Program-made: the position numbers and the translations under genes | Shown here: positions 1-7,356 of the stretch, one piece after another | Position numbering within the stretch: the stretch's first letter is position 1 | Layout: each line of letters starts with the position of its first letter | Notes under the pieces: generated by a model | What the model saw: the letters and a program-made list of their open reading frames with translations, nothing else | Database searches by the model: none | What the model was told of the DNA's origin: nothing | From: a virus | Lineage: Duplodnaviria; Caudoviricetes | Strand: one strand, 5' to 3' | IMG/VR virus record: IMGVR_UViG_3300005915_000076 | Location: 1-29,229 of that record | DNA: 29,229 nucleotides

Positions 1-79
1 CGATGGAATCAACGAGCATTCCGTTACACGGCCAACTAATCGAGTGACTCGAATCGAAACCATTGAAGCAAATTTTCAT
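1..79 (-). CDS. Possible 5' start of the next early gene (runs off the window)
   Basis: ATG at 79 overlaps the TGA of 76..273 (ATGA coupling); frame open to the edge (MKICFNGFDSSHSISWPCNGMLVDSI). Confidence 0.35.
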   Translation of the reverse strand, partial: MKICFNGFDSSHSISWPCNGMLVDSI

Positions 80-273
80 TCAGCTTTCTCTTCCGCGCTG
101 GTTCGAAAGTATTTGCCTAGTAAAGAGGAATCTTGAATCACTTCCTCATAAGCACAGCTTTTCAGCTTTACACACTTTACTTTGCCGGACTCCGGCAGAT
201 ACATTAAACTATTCTCGCCGCACCTTGGGCAGGTTCCGTTGATAAGCTTCTTTTGAACCGATCTTTCGCTCAT
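76..273 (-). CDS. Small zinc-ribbon protein (phage early region)
   Basis: CPRC...CVKLKSC four-Cys pattern; start overlaps the rha stop (ATGA). Confidence 0.65.
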   Translation of the reverse strand: MSERSVQKKLINGTCPRCGENSLMYLPESGKVKCVKLKSCAYEEVIQDSSLLGKYFRTSAEEKAE

Positions 274-848
274 AGGGATTCCTTCGTTTCACTTGAATTG
301 GGAGGTTCAGGCAAAGGAGAGGTGGAAAGGTCGATGATGTGTTCGCCACACCGTTTTCTGAATCGGCGAAGTTTGCGCATGTACGTCTGCCCGGCCGATA
401 TTTTCTTTTCAGCCAGTGCGTACATTTCGCACGTTGCACGCAGATCGTTGGGCAGCTTGCCCTTGGCGTCGAAGTCGCGCAGAAAGCCCTGAACCTGCAG
501 CTGCTCATCCATTTCATTGAACTTATGGATATAGGCTTCTTTTAACCGAGCTGCTTGTTTGCCGGTGAATCCCATCATCACAAAGACAAAACCGTCCTTG
601 GTGATGTGGAACATTGGCTGATTCTTGTTTTGTTTATTTCGATATGAGGACAGCTCAAAATTAAGCCGTCTAAAATCAGCAGAGCAATCTGCATTACGAA
701 CAGATTTCAAAACGTTTCTGTGCTGTTTGCCAAAGTATTCAGCAACATCGCACGACGTTGTCATCGGAATTCCGTTGATAACGGATACTTGAGGTACAAT
801 GAGCCCGGCACCATTTTGTGCCCTGCTCTCAGTTGCTGTGTTTTTCAT
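270..848 (-). CDS. rha: Rha-family phage regulatory protein
   Basis: TTSCDVAEYFGKQHRNVL...NFELSSY...ITKDGFVFVMMGFTGKQAARLKEAYIHKFNEM is the Rha signature; start placed at ATG 848 after GGAG. Confidence 0.92.
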   Translation of the reverse strand: MKNTATESRAQNGAGLIVPQVSVINGIPMTTSCDVAEYFGKQHRNVLKSVRNADCSADFRRLNFELSSYRNKQNKNQPMFHITKDGFVFVMMGFTGKQAARLKEAYIHKFNEMDEQLQVQGFLRDFDAKGKLPNDLRATCEMYALAEKKISAGQTYMRKLRRFRKRCGEHIIDLSTSPLPEPPNSSETKESL

Positions 849-977
849 ACTTTTCTCCATTTGGTTTGTTTGAGTTCCTGAATAGTTCAAAACCTCTTCT
901 TAGACGATTAGAAATGCTGATTGTTCTAAACGATTTGCAAGGCTGAATTTTAAGCCCTGCTCTTATCAGCGAAGAGG

Positions 978-1157
978 CTAGGTTTGAGCATCAAGCTCTT
1001 CAGCATTTTTTTCTGCTTTGATACCAAGCTCGATGTAATGCCGGACAGCTTCAGCGTGGCTGGTGTCCACTTGACGTCGCGTGTTCTCTAAAACTTTGAA
1101 AACTTCAGCCGAAACCATGGTCTGAACACGATGGGGAAACGGTTGCTTTTTCTTCAT
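978..1157 (-). CDS. Ribbon-helix-helix (CopG/Arc-like) DNA-binding protein, 59 aa, not in the ORF track
   Basis: GGAGG RBS; MKKKQPFPHRVQTMVSAEVFKVLENTRRQVDTSHAEAVRHYIELGIKAEKNAEELDAQT has an alternating strand followed by S-x-E helix and S-x-A-E-x-x-R helix; divergent from the repressor. Confidence 0.75.
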   Translation of the reverse strand: MKKKQPFPHRVQTMVSAEVFKVLENTRRQVDTSHAEAVRHYIELGIKAEKNAEELDAQT

Positions 1158-1200
1158 TGAACCTCCATAATTCGGATTTGAGTAATTGAGCAGATAAGTA

Positions 1201-1250
1201 CTGACTTAACACTACGCCTAATATTTAATAGGCAACCTAACTAATGTCAA
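1201..1250. promoter_or_regulatory. Immunity switch: overlapping promoters with a palindromic operator candidate
   Basis: GCCTA-ATATTTAA-TAGGC at 1216-1233; TTGACA on - strand at 1245-1250; CTGACT-17-TTTAAT on + strand (1201-1229). Confidence 0.5.
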
Positions 1251-1795
1251 GTAAAAAAGAGACTATAAAAACACCTTTTAATGAAAGGTTTTCGCAACTC
1301 GCTGATATATTAAAAAGAAAATACTTCATTACACAAAATGCGCTTGCTAAAAAAATCGGAATATCTGGGGCAGCGCTAAGTGACCTGATAAGTGGAAAAA
1401 GCAAGTCAGCCGCTAACACTACTCTAAAAGCTCTCGAAATAGAATATGGAGTTAGTTCAGAATGGCTAACAGAGGGGATAGGTAACCCATTTCGCTATGA
1501 AGATGGAGATTTAATCACTAATCCATTTAAACCAGATGAAATACAGGTTGTTAGTCACCTAAAAGAAGTGATATTGGAAAAAGACAAAAAAATCGGAATT
1601 CTGAAGGACCAGGTCGCCGAATTGAAGGCTGATAAAGAGGAGTTGAAGGCTGATAAGGTCCAGCTCATGGAAAGAATAGCGGGGCTTGAGGCGGACAAAG
1701 AGGAGTTGAAAACTGATAAAGAGGCGATACTGGCAGAGTTTTCAGAACTGAAAAAAGAGATGGTTGGCCTGGAAAAAAGACAGACCGGGGCTTAG
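1244..1795 (+). CDS. XRE-family HTH repressor (CI-like) with C-terminal coiled coil
   Basis: TQNALAKKIGISGAALSDLISGKS...YGVSSEWLTEGIG HTH; C-terminal ELKADK heptads; no S24 peptidase motifs. Confidence 0.85.
   Translation: MSSKKETIKTPFNERFSQLADILKRKYFITQNALAKKIGISGAALSDLISGKSKSAANTTLKALEIEYGVSSEWLTEGIGNPFRYEDGDLITNPFKPDEIQVVSHLKEVILEKDKKIGILKDQVAELKADKEELKADKVQLMERIAGLEADKEELKTDKEAILAEFSELKKEMVGLEKRQTGA
1619..1730 (+). repeat. Degenerate 21-bp (heptad-coding) repeats in the repressor
   Basis: gaattgaaggctgataaagag / gagttgaaggctgataaggtc / ...gaggcggacaaagag / gagttgaaaactgataaagag. Confidence 0.8.
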
Positions 1796-1858
1796 GTGCA
1801 CTCATTATGCAAACCTTCCCCCAAAGAAGAAACCGGAAAAACCCAAATATTCCAATCC

Positions 1859-1998
1859 TGTCGCGAATGTTTTCGTCCTTTGTCGCGAATGTGTAAGCAA
1901 AACAATCAAATCCCCTATCAATACAACCCCTTAAAAAATCACTTCACCGGTGCAGTATTAGCCCGAAAAACTTACCCCCCTGTCGCCAATATGAGTAA
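1859..1998 (+). repeat. Left cluster of TGTCGCGAATGT motifs (candidate recombinase arm-type sites)
   Basis: Exact copies at 1859 and 1881, variant TGTCGCCAATAT at 1981; same motif at 28981 and 29059. Confidence 0.8.
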
Positions 1999-2092
1999 AT
2001 ATTTTTTTATTTGAATACGTTAAGGTTTTGCTGTAATCATTAACAAGCCTTTTTACCGTCACGATTAATCAAGAAAAATTCAAGGAGTAACT

Positions 2093-2437
2093 ATGGCAAG
2101 TTTAAACATGAGTGGTCCATTTGAATTGGATGACGAAACAATTGACAAGCAGGTTACAAAAACATCAGCAGGAAACTATGCGCTAGGATATATGGACAAA
2201 GAGGGTAAATTTAGGATTTGTTACGTTGGACGTTCTGATTCTGATGTTAAGGATCGATTGAAATACTGGATAAAAAAATCAAACCGAACACACTTCAAAT
2301 ACTCTTATGCCACTTCACCAAAGGCTGCATATGATAAGGAATGCCAGAATTATCATGATTTTGATCCCCCTGATAATGATATTCATCCAGGTAAGCCGGA
2401 TGACAGCAACTGGAAGTGTCCAGTTTGCAAAGAATAA
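2093..2437 (+). CDS. Small standalone GIY-YIG-like nuclease (moron)
   Basis: GNYALG...YVGRSD...KDRL, then helix Glu (YDKEC) and Asn (DNDIHP); C-terminal CPVC; AAGGAG RBS. Confidence 0.7.
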   Translation: MASLNMSGPFELDDETIDKQVTKTSAGNYALGYMDKEGKFRICYVGRSDSDVKDRLKYWIKKSNRTHFKYSYATSPKAAYDKECQNYHDFDPPDNDIHPGKPDDSNWKCPVCKE

Positions 2438-2576
2438 CCCCTAAAGATGGGAAGTTATGGATTCGAACTAGAAATAGATTTTCACCTGCACCACCAAACA
2501 GTGGCGCAGGTATCGAGAACTATAAACGCGATATCTCAAAGCATTACAGAGATATTAGCCAGAAAAACGTTCTTAT

Positions 2577-2828
2577 AAACGGCCAAAAAACGGCCAAAAA
2601 CGGCCGGGGTGGCCATTTTGTTCAAGTGGAATTTCTGGCGTTATCCCTTTTTAATAAGCAATCCACACAGATTTAAGGGCAGCAAAAAACGGCCGCTTTT
2701 CAGGTTTTTATACAAAAATAGTGCAGGCGGGGTAGTGCTCTGGATTTTGTTTTGACCCTTTCGGGGGATTTGATTCCCTATCTCAAAGGGGGGCAAGGTC
2801 AAGACGTATAGACTTAAAGACGTATAGT
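2577..2828. other. Candidate cos/packaging region with short repeats
   Basis: GTGCAGGCGGGGTAGTGC at 2721 resembles P2 cos GGCGAGGCGGGGAAAGCAC; AAACGGCC x3 (2577-2605) plus one near 2687; AAGACGTATAG x2 (2801, 2817); lies distal to the tail genes as cos does in HP1. Confidence 0.4.
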
Positions 2829-2837
2829 AAAAAGGGC

Positions 2838-2866
2838 TAGACTGCTCTTTATATAATCAATATAAT
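2838..2866 (+). promoter_or_regulatory. Sigma70-type promoter for the 2984 moron
   Basis: TAGACT-17 bp-TATAAT. Confidence 0.65.
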
Positions 2867-2983
2867 CTATTTCATTCAGCGGGGCGGAGAGTGCCGACCA
2901 GCCGCAACGGAGCAATGGTGTAGGGGAGATCGTTATCATGTAAGGCATGAAGAGATTGCAAAGCACAGTCAAACAGGAAAAAC

Positions 2984-3724
2984 ATGGAGAAGCGCGATAC
3001 GAAATCTTTCTCGAAAATAAATTGGCTGCTAATCGCAGTGGTAGGCTTGGTGGAATTTATCATCTTGGATAAGATGTACAGCCTCGGGGGTAACAGTGAC
3101 CTTGTGCAGCATATATCGTTTGCTGGCACTATTGTTTCGATTATATTAGCCGTTCTCGCAATAATTTACACATATTATCAAAATTTTGCACAAACCAGAG
3201 ATAGCGACAACATCTCCACACAAATTGAGCTACTGAAGAATGTTGTAAATGATGTAAAACTTAGCAAAGAAGACTTCCGTGAAGAGTTTTCCAAGATCAA
3301 TAGTATTGATGGAATCAAAGATAAAATTGATGCCTTTCCCAACATCTTGGAGGAGTTGGTATCTGTAGTATATGCGGACACAACAAACCGAACATCCAAG
3401 ACATCTGATGCTAATGACTCAATAATGACGGATCAAGGGGAGATTGAGTTCTATAAATATCTCAAAAGAAACAACTTGGAGTCAGGTTTTATATTATTCC
3501 TCAACAAAAGCGAATCTGTTAAAATCGGCTTTAAAGAATATATAGAAGACTTCAACAAAGAGCATTACCCTGAAGAGAATTTTATAAAGAGTAGGGCTTT
3601 TATGGATTTGGGAAAGCTTACTGAGCTAATTATCATACTCAAAGCAATGGGATTAGCACATATCGAGGAAAACGAAAAAATAGAATTCAATTCGAAGTTA
3701 ATCGACTTTTTAAAGGCTCCATGA
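2984..3724 (+). CDS. Membrane-anchored hypothetical protein (2 TM + coiled coil + soluble C-domain), moron
   Basis: Two hydrophobic N-terminal segments; AT-rich; own promoter; convergent with the late operon. Confidence 0.7.
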   Translation: MEKRDTKSFSKINWLLIAVVGLVEFIILDKMYSLGGNSDLVQHISFAGTIVSIILAVLAIIYTYYQNFAQTRDSDNISTQIELLKNVVNDVKLSKEDFREEFSKINSIDGIKDKIDAFPNILEELVSVVYADTTNRTSKTSDANDSIMTDQGEIEFYKYLKRNNLESGFILFLNKSESVKIGFKEYIEDFNKEHYPEENFIKSRAFMDLGKLTELIIILKAMGLAHIEENEKIEFNSKLIDFLKAP

Positions 3725-3741
3725 ACTTATGTGATTTTTGA

Positions 3742-3761
3742 AGCGGGACCGGAGTCCCGCT
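3742..3761. terminator. Hairpin between convergent genes
   Basis: AGCGGGAC-CGGA-GTCCCGCT; C(UCCG)G tetraloop on - strand; weak U tract. Confidence 0.5.
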
Positions 3762-3768
3762 GAGTTGA

Positions 3769-4572
3769 TTAGGAGGCTTCGGGGAGGATCTGGTTGAGGT
3801 CCCGGGAGCTGATGATCAGTTCGGGGAACTTCTTTCTTTTCAGCTTGGGGGAGTTGACACTGTAACGAACTTCAGTCTCCTCGAGATAAAATCCTTTGAA
3901 GATCTTACGGACCTCCGGACGATCGTTGAGGCTGAGAATGAAGTCGCCCTGAAGGGCGTCGAGGATCCCCGCCATCTTCTGGAAGTCGGTGGGATCAAAG
4001 ATGTTTTTGCCGTAGTCCTCTTCACAGTTGAAATAGGGCGGGTCGATATAGAAAAGGGTGTGCGGCCGGTCGTACTTTTTGAAGATCTTGGCCCAGGGTA
4101 GATTTTCGATATTTACCCGGGACAACCTGAGATGAACCATAGAGAGTTCCTCCTCGATCCGAAGGAGATTCAGCCTGGGTGGAGACGTTGTGGCGGTTCC
4201 AAATGTCCGGCCGATCGCTTTGCCGCCGAAACTGAGTTTCTGCAGGTAGTAAAACCGGCAGGCTCTCTGGATATCGGTCAATGATTCAGCGTTCTGTTTA
4301 TTGAGCCGGTCGAACTCGTCGCGGCTGACCAGCGTCCATTTGAAATAGCGCATGAACTCTTCAAGATGGTTCTGCAGGACACGAAACAGCGTCGAGAGAT
4401 CCTGGTTGATATCGTTGAGCACTTCAACCTTGACCGGATCCTTGCGAAAGAAAACGTGTGCTGCCCCCATAAAGGGTTCGACATAGCAGGCGTGATCGGT
4501 TTGATTAATGTAGGTTGACAACTTTTTGGCTAATTGGCTTTTGCCGCCTAGCCAGGGTAGGAAACCTTTCAT
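3769..4572 (-). CDS. D12-class N6-adenine DNA methyltransferase
   Basis: PWLGGKS, YVEPFMG, EVLNDIN, FYIDPPY, ILSLND motifs; start at ATG 4572 after GGAG. Confidence 0.92.
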   Translation of the reverse strand: MKGFLPWLGGKSQLAKKLSTYINQTDHACYVEPFMGAAHVFFRKDPVKVEVLNDINQDLSTLFRVLQNHLEEFMRYFKWTLVSRDEFDRLNKQNAESLTDIQRACRFYYLQKLSFGGKAIGRTFGTATTSPPRLNLLRIEEELSMVHLRLSRVNIENLPWAKIFKKYDRPHTLFYIDPPYFNCEEDYGKNIFDPTDFQKMAGILDALQGDFILSLNDRPEVRKIFKGFYLEETEVRYSVNSPKLKRKKFPELIISSRDLNQILPEAS

Positions 4573-4745
4573 AACTATCTCCATATTATTTAACAATTAG
4601 GTTAAGGAATTGGAGGGTGTGGGGTGCTTCGAGCCTTTAATTTTGCGATTGGAGGGCCTTGAAAATCTTCACACCTTTTCCACATCAAACGGCCAGGTTC
4701 ATTGATAGGCATGTTCACCATTTTACGACCACCAGGTAGGAAACG

Positions 4746-4901
4746 ATGATAAGACTAATCAGATTGATCGCAACAATCCCCTCACTGTTAATTATTGCGA
4801 TGATCTATATTGTTGCGGTTTATTTTGTGCCGGACCTGCCAGGTGCTCCCGAAATCAAAAGCTTTGTTGGTGAACATCTGGATTTGGACATACCTGATTA
4901 A
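4746..4901 (+). CDS. Small single-pass membrane protein, 51 aa, not in the ORF track
   Basis: AGGA RBS; MIRLIRLIATIPSLLIIAMIYIVAVYFVPDLPGAPEIKSFVGEHLDLDIPD; fills the intergenic gap. Confidence 0.55.
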   Translation: MIRLIRLIATIPSLLIIAMIYIVAVYFVPDLPGAPEIKSFVGEHLDLDIPD

Positions 4902-4906
4902 GAAGG

Positions 4907-5125
4907 CTAAATGACCCCACCGGCGTTTGGAGCGGATCCGCTCACCGGGTAGGGGCCTGCAGCTAGCCCTGCCGGAGTTGAGATATTCAAGTCTCCGGAT
5001 TTGATCAGTTTAATGATCGCCTTGGCCTGCAGCTCCGAAACGGCGTATTTATCCCCTCCGGATCCTGCTTCCATAGCTGCGACCCATTCAGTAACAAAGG
5101 TCTGTTCTCCATCGGTGAGGCTCAT
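4907..5125 (-). CDS. Small tail protein, possible spike tip
   Basis: Follows the spike gene with GGAGG RBS; Gly/Ala/Pro-rich C-terminus. Confidence 0.5.
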   Translation of the reverse strand: MSLTDGEQTFVTEWVAAMEAGSGGDKYAVSELQAKAIIKLIKSGDLNISTPAGLAAGPYPVSGSAPNAGGVI

Positions 5126-5135
5126 TGCTCCCTCC

Positions 5136-6104
5136 TTATTTCAGTAAAAATCCCAGCTCTGTTTTAAGCTGTACCAGCATGGCTACGTTGGGACCGGTAC
5201 CCATGGTGACGATGATCTTCTCAATTACACCGATCAGCGCCTCCAACCAGGCTTTCAAACTGGTGATGCTATTCTCGCAGACAATCAGGCCGGTGATATC
5301 GACGCCAATCTCCCCGATCTGGTTGCCGGCAATGAATTCGCCCGCCAGCAGATCAACCAGGTAATTACCCAGAATCACCTTGATATCAGCACCGGTACCA
5401 ATGATCTGTGCGAGCTCTTTACCAATGGTTTGCGCATGATTGGCAAGGGAGGTCTGGCTGCTGTCCCCGATCGATGTCAGCTGCAGGTTAGTTGCCGCCT
5501 GCAGGATCAGTGCGCCCAAGGCTTCGAGTGTTTTGGTGCCGCCGATCTCCTCGGTGTCGTCGCCGTCGACCGTTTTATGGCTTTGTCCGTACTCCTCCAG
5601 ATTGTCATCGGCTGAGATCTCGCGGTCCATGGAGTCGTCGGTAATCTTACCACTGGTCGTACGGTCCCAATTGCCATCCCTATCAGCTCGTTGATGAATC
5701 CCTTTTGAATGCTGCCAGAGCTGTTCGCCTGGTTCCAGATTCGGCAGGGACAACCCCAGGGGCAGGATGGATTGGATATAAGGATGCCCGGGGGAACCGT
5801 ACCTGAAACAGATCACCACTCTCGTCCCTACTTTCGGAAAACCAAACTGGCCCGATTCATCACCCGCCATCATCGCAGGCAATGTTAAAGCCTCCATGAC
5901 CGGATGATCGGTATCGTCGCTGCCATCCTCTTTTAAGAGCTGGATATCCACCGCAAAGTAGGGGCGAAATTCATCGGTGGCGGTGCCCTCGGATTCTTCA
6001 GGCGGATCCGATATCGACACAATTCGTCCGTCCCAGGGCAGGTGATAATTGCCGCGAAACTCCGGAAAAATCCGGTAAAATATTTTTTTCAGTTCTTTAA
6101 CCAT
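5136..6104 (-). CDS. Baseplate central spike-like protein (gpV-like)
   Basis: GFPKVGTRVVICFRYGSPGHPYI OB-fold-type motif followed by beta-helix-like repeats; HP1-type position. Confidence 0.7.
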   Translation of the reverse strand: MVKELKKIFYRIFPEFRGNYHLPWDGRIVSISDPPEESEGTATDEFRPYFAVDIQLLKEDGSDDTDHPVMEALTLPAMMAGDESGQFGFPKVGTRVVICFRYGSPGHPYIQSILPLGLSLPNLEPGEQLWQHSKGIHQRADRDGNWDRTTSGKITDDSMDREISADDNLEEYGQSHKTVDGDDTEEIGGTKTLEALGALILQAATNLQLTSIGDSSQTSLANHAQTIGKELAQIIGTGADIKVILGNYLVDLLAGEFIAGNQIGEIGVDITGLIVCENSITSLKAWLEALIGVIEKIIVTMGTGPNVAMLVQLKTELGFLLK

Positions 6105-6793
6105 CGCAGCCTCATGTTGTTGCCCATAATCTCCAGCTGCTCGACGATCAAACTGTCCTGAATCAGGGTACCAGGTTGCAGGGCTGGAATCACCGGAATT
6201 ACAAAAGAGCGATCATCCGGCCTTTGGTCGGTGATAATCCTGGGATCGATATCAACCGGATCCCGATCGGCAAAAGGACTGTCGTCCCAACTCCCCCAGA
6301 ATATGGTGCCGTCGGGCAGCTGGGTCCAGATCCCCCGGGTCACACCCCAGATCTCAAACCGCTCGATCGCTCCCCGGGCAGTATCCATGTTGTAGAAATT
6401 GGGGATCCGGCTGTTCATGTAGGCAGCATTTTGGGGATAGACAAACTTCAGACCGGTGAGGTCTGCGATCTGTTTAAGCAGATCCTTGGCTGTCAGATGG
6501 CGAAGCGAAAACAGGGCAGGCGTGTCCAGCACACTCGAAAGCGACCGACAGATGATCTGCATCTGTCCGGATCCGGACGCCTGGCCCAGATAAACCTTAC
6601 CCAAAAACCTTGGATAAAGCTGGTCGGTAGCGTAGCCCTGCCGGTATTCAACCAGCCCGGACAGATCCGGGACCTGGTCCCCGATCCGGATCAGATAACT
6701 GGCCCGACCAAATCCTTTAAGCTCCAGGGTGGTGGTGCCCGAAATGATTGGAAAGGGCGTTGCGCCGATAAGCAGTTGGGTTTCGAGTTTCAT
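6089..6793 (-). CDS. Baseplate hub-like tail protein
   Basis: SLRHLTAKDLLKQIADLTGL...WTQLPDGTIFWGSWDDS, resembling the N-terminal half of the HP1-type distal tail ORF. Confidence 0.65.
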   Translation of the reverse strand: MKLETQLLIGATPFPIISGTTTLELKGFGRASYLIRIGDQVPDLSGLVEYRQGYATDQLYPRFLGKVYLGQASGSGQMQIICRSLSSVLDTPALFSLRHLTAKDLLKQIADLTGLKFVYPQNAAYMNSRIPNFYNMDTARGAIERFEIWGVTRGIWTQLPDGTIFWGSWDDSPFADRDPVDIDPRIITDQRPDDRSFVIPVIPALQPGTLIQDSLIVEQLEIMGNNMRLRWLKN

Positions 6794-7356
6794 TTGAAAA
6801 ACATATCCTTGCTGACATCGTTAAGCTTTGAGAGGATCTCTTCAAACATGCCTGCCTGGCCGGTGGTTGAACTCAGGTCAACCAGGTCATCAGATTCAGA
6901 AGTGACAGATCCGGTGCCCGCAAGTTGACTTGTAGCGGCTGTTGAAAGCGTTTTTCTCTCCTCGACAATCTCCGGATCCGAGCGTTCCTGCTTCATGGTC
7001 AACGTGATATTGTAAACCTTTTGCTGACCGTCCGGGGCGCTCCTGATATCATCGATAAATTTAACCTGGTTCACACCGAATGTGTTCAGCTCCGGGTGAA
7101 TGATATCGTACACCACAGGAGAGCTGTCCTTTGTCGCATGGAAAATCTCGGTCAGGGCCTTGAACGCGTCGATATCTCCAAATCTGATGAGCAGGGTGAT
7201 GGTGATCAACACGGCTTTAAAACCGTCAAAGGATTCGGCGGTACTGTTGGAATCGCCGCTCTGATCCTCGGACTTGATACCGCCAGTCCAGGTCAGTTTG
7301 TGATTGAAACCCGGTAGCAGCTTGCTCTCAGATGTGTTGTTCAGCAAAATTTTCAT
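6790..7356 (-). CDS. HP1-type tail/baseplate protein
   Basis: SEDQSGDSNSTAESFDGFKA motif and FEEILSKL ending; synteny. Confidence 0.65.
   Translation of the reverse strand: MKILLNNTSESKLLPGFNHKLTWTGGIKSEDQSGDSNSTAESFDGFKAVLITITLLIRFGDIDAFKALTEIFHATKDSSPVVYDIIHPELNTFGVNQVKFIDDIRSAPDGQQKVYNITLTMKQERSDPEIVEERKTLSTAATSQLAGTGSVTSESDDLVDLSSTTGQAGMFEEILSKLNDVSKDMFFK

Noticed and set aside
41-53. TCGAGTGACTCGA palindrome
   Set aside because: Single short dyad in a probable coding region
1201-1235. dif/Xer site
   Set aside because: Lacks the XerD arm TTATGTTAAAT; better explained as promoter/operator
1859-1998. CRISPR array
   Set aside because: Repeats only 12-16 bp, irregularly spaced, no cas genes
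1796-2014. 72-aa ORF over the left motif cluster (also 2416..2676 and 28789..29034)
   Set aside because: No convincing RBS or protein features; overlaps repeat-rich non-coding DNA
2872-2983. Known riboswitch or tRNA
   Set aside because: No recognisable aptamer consensus or cloverleaf
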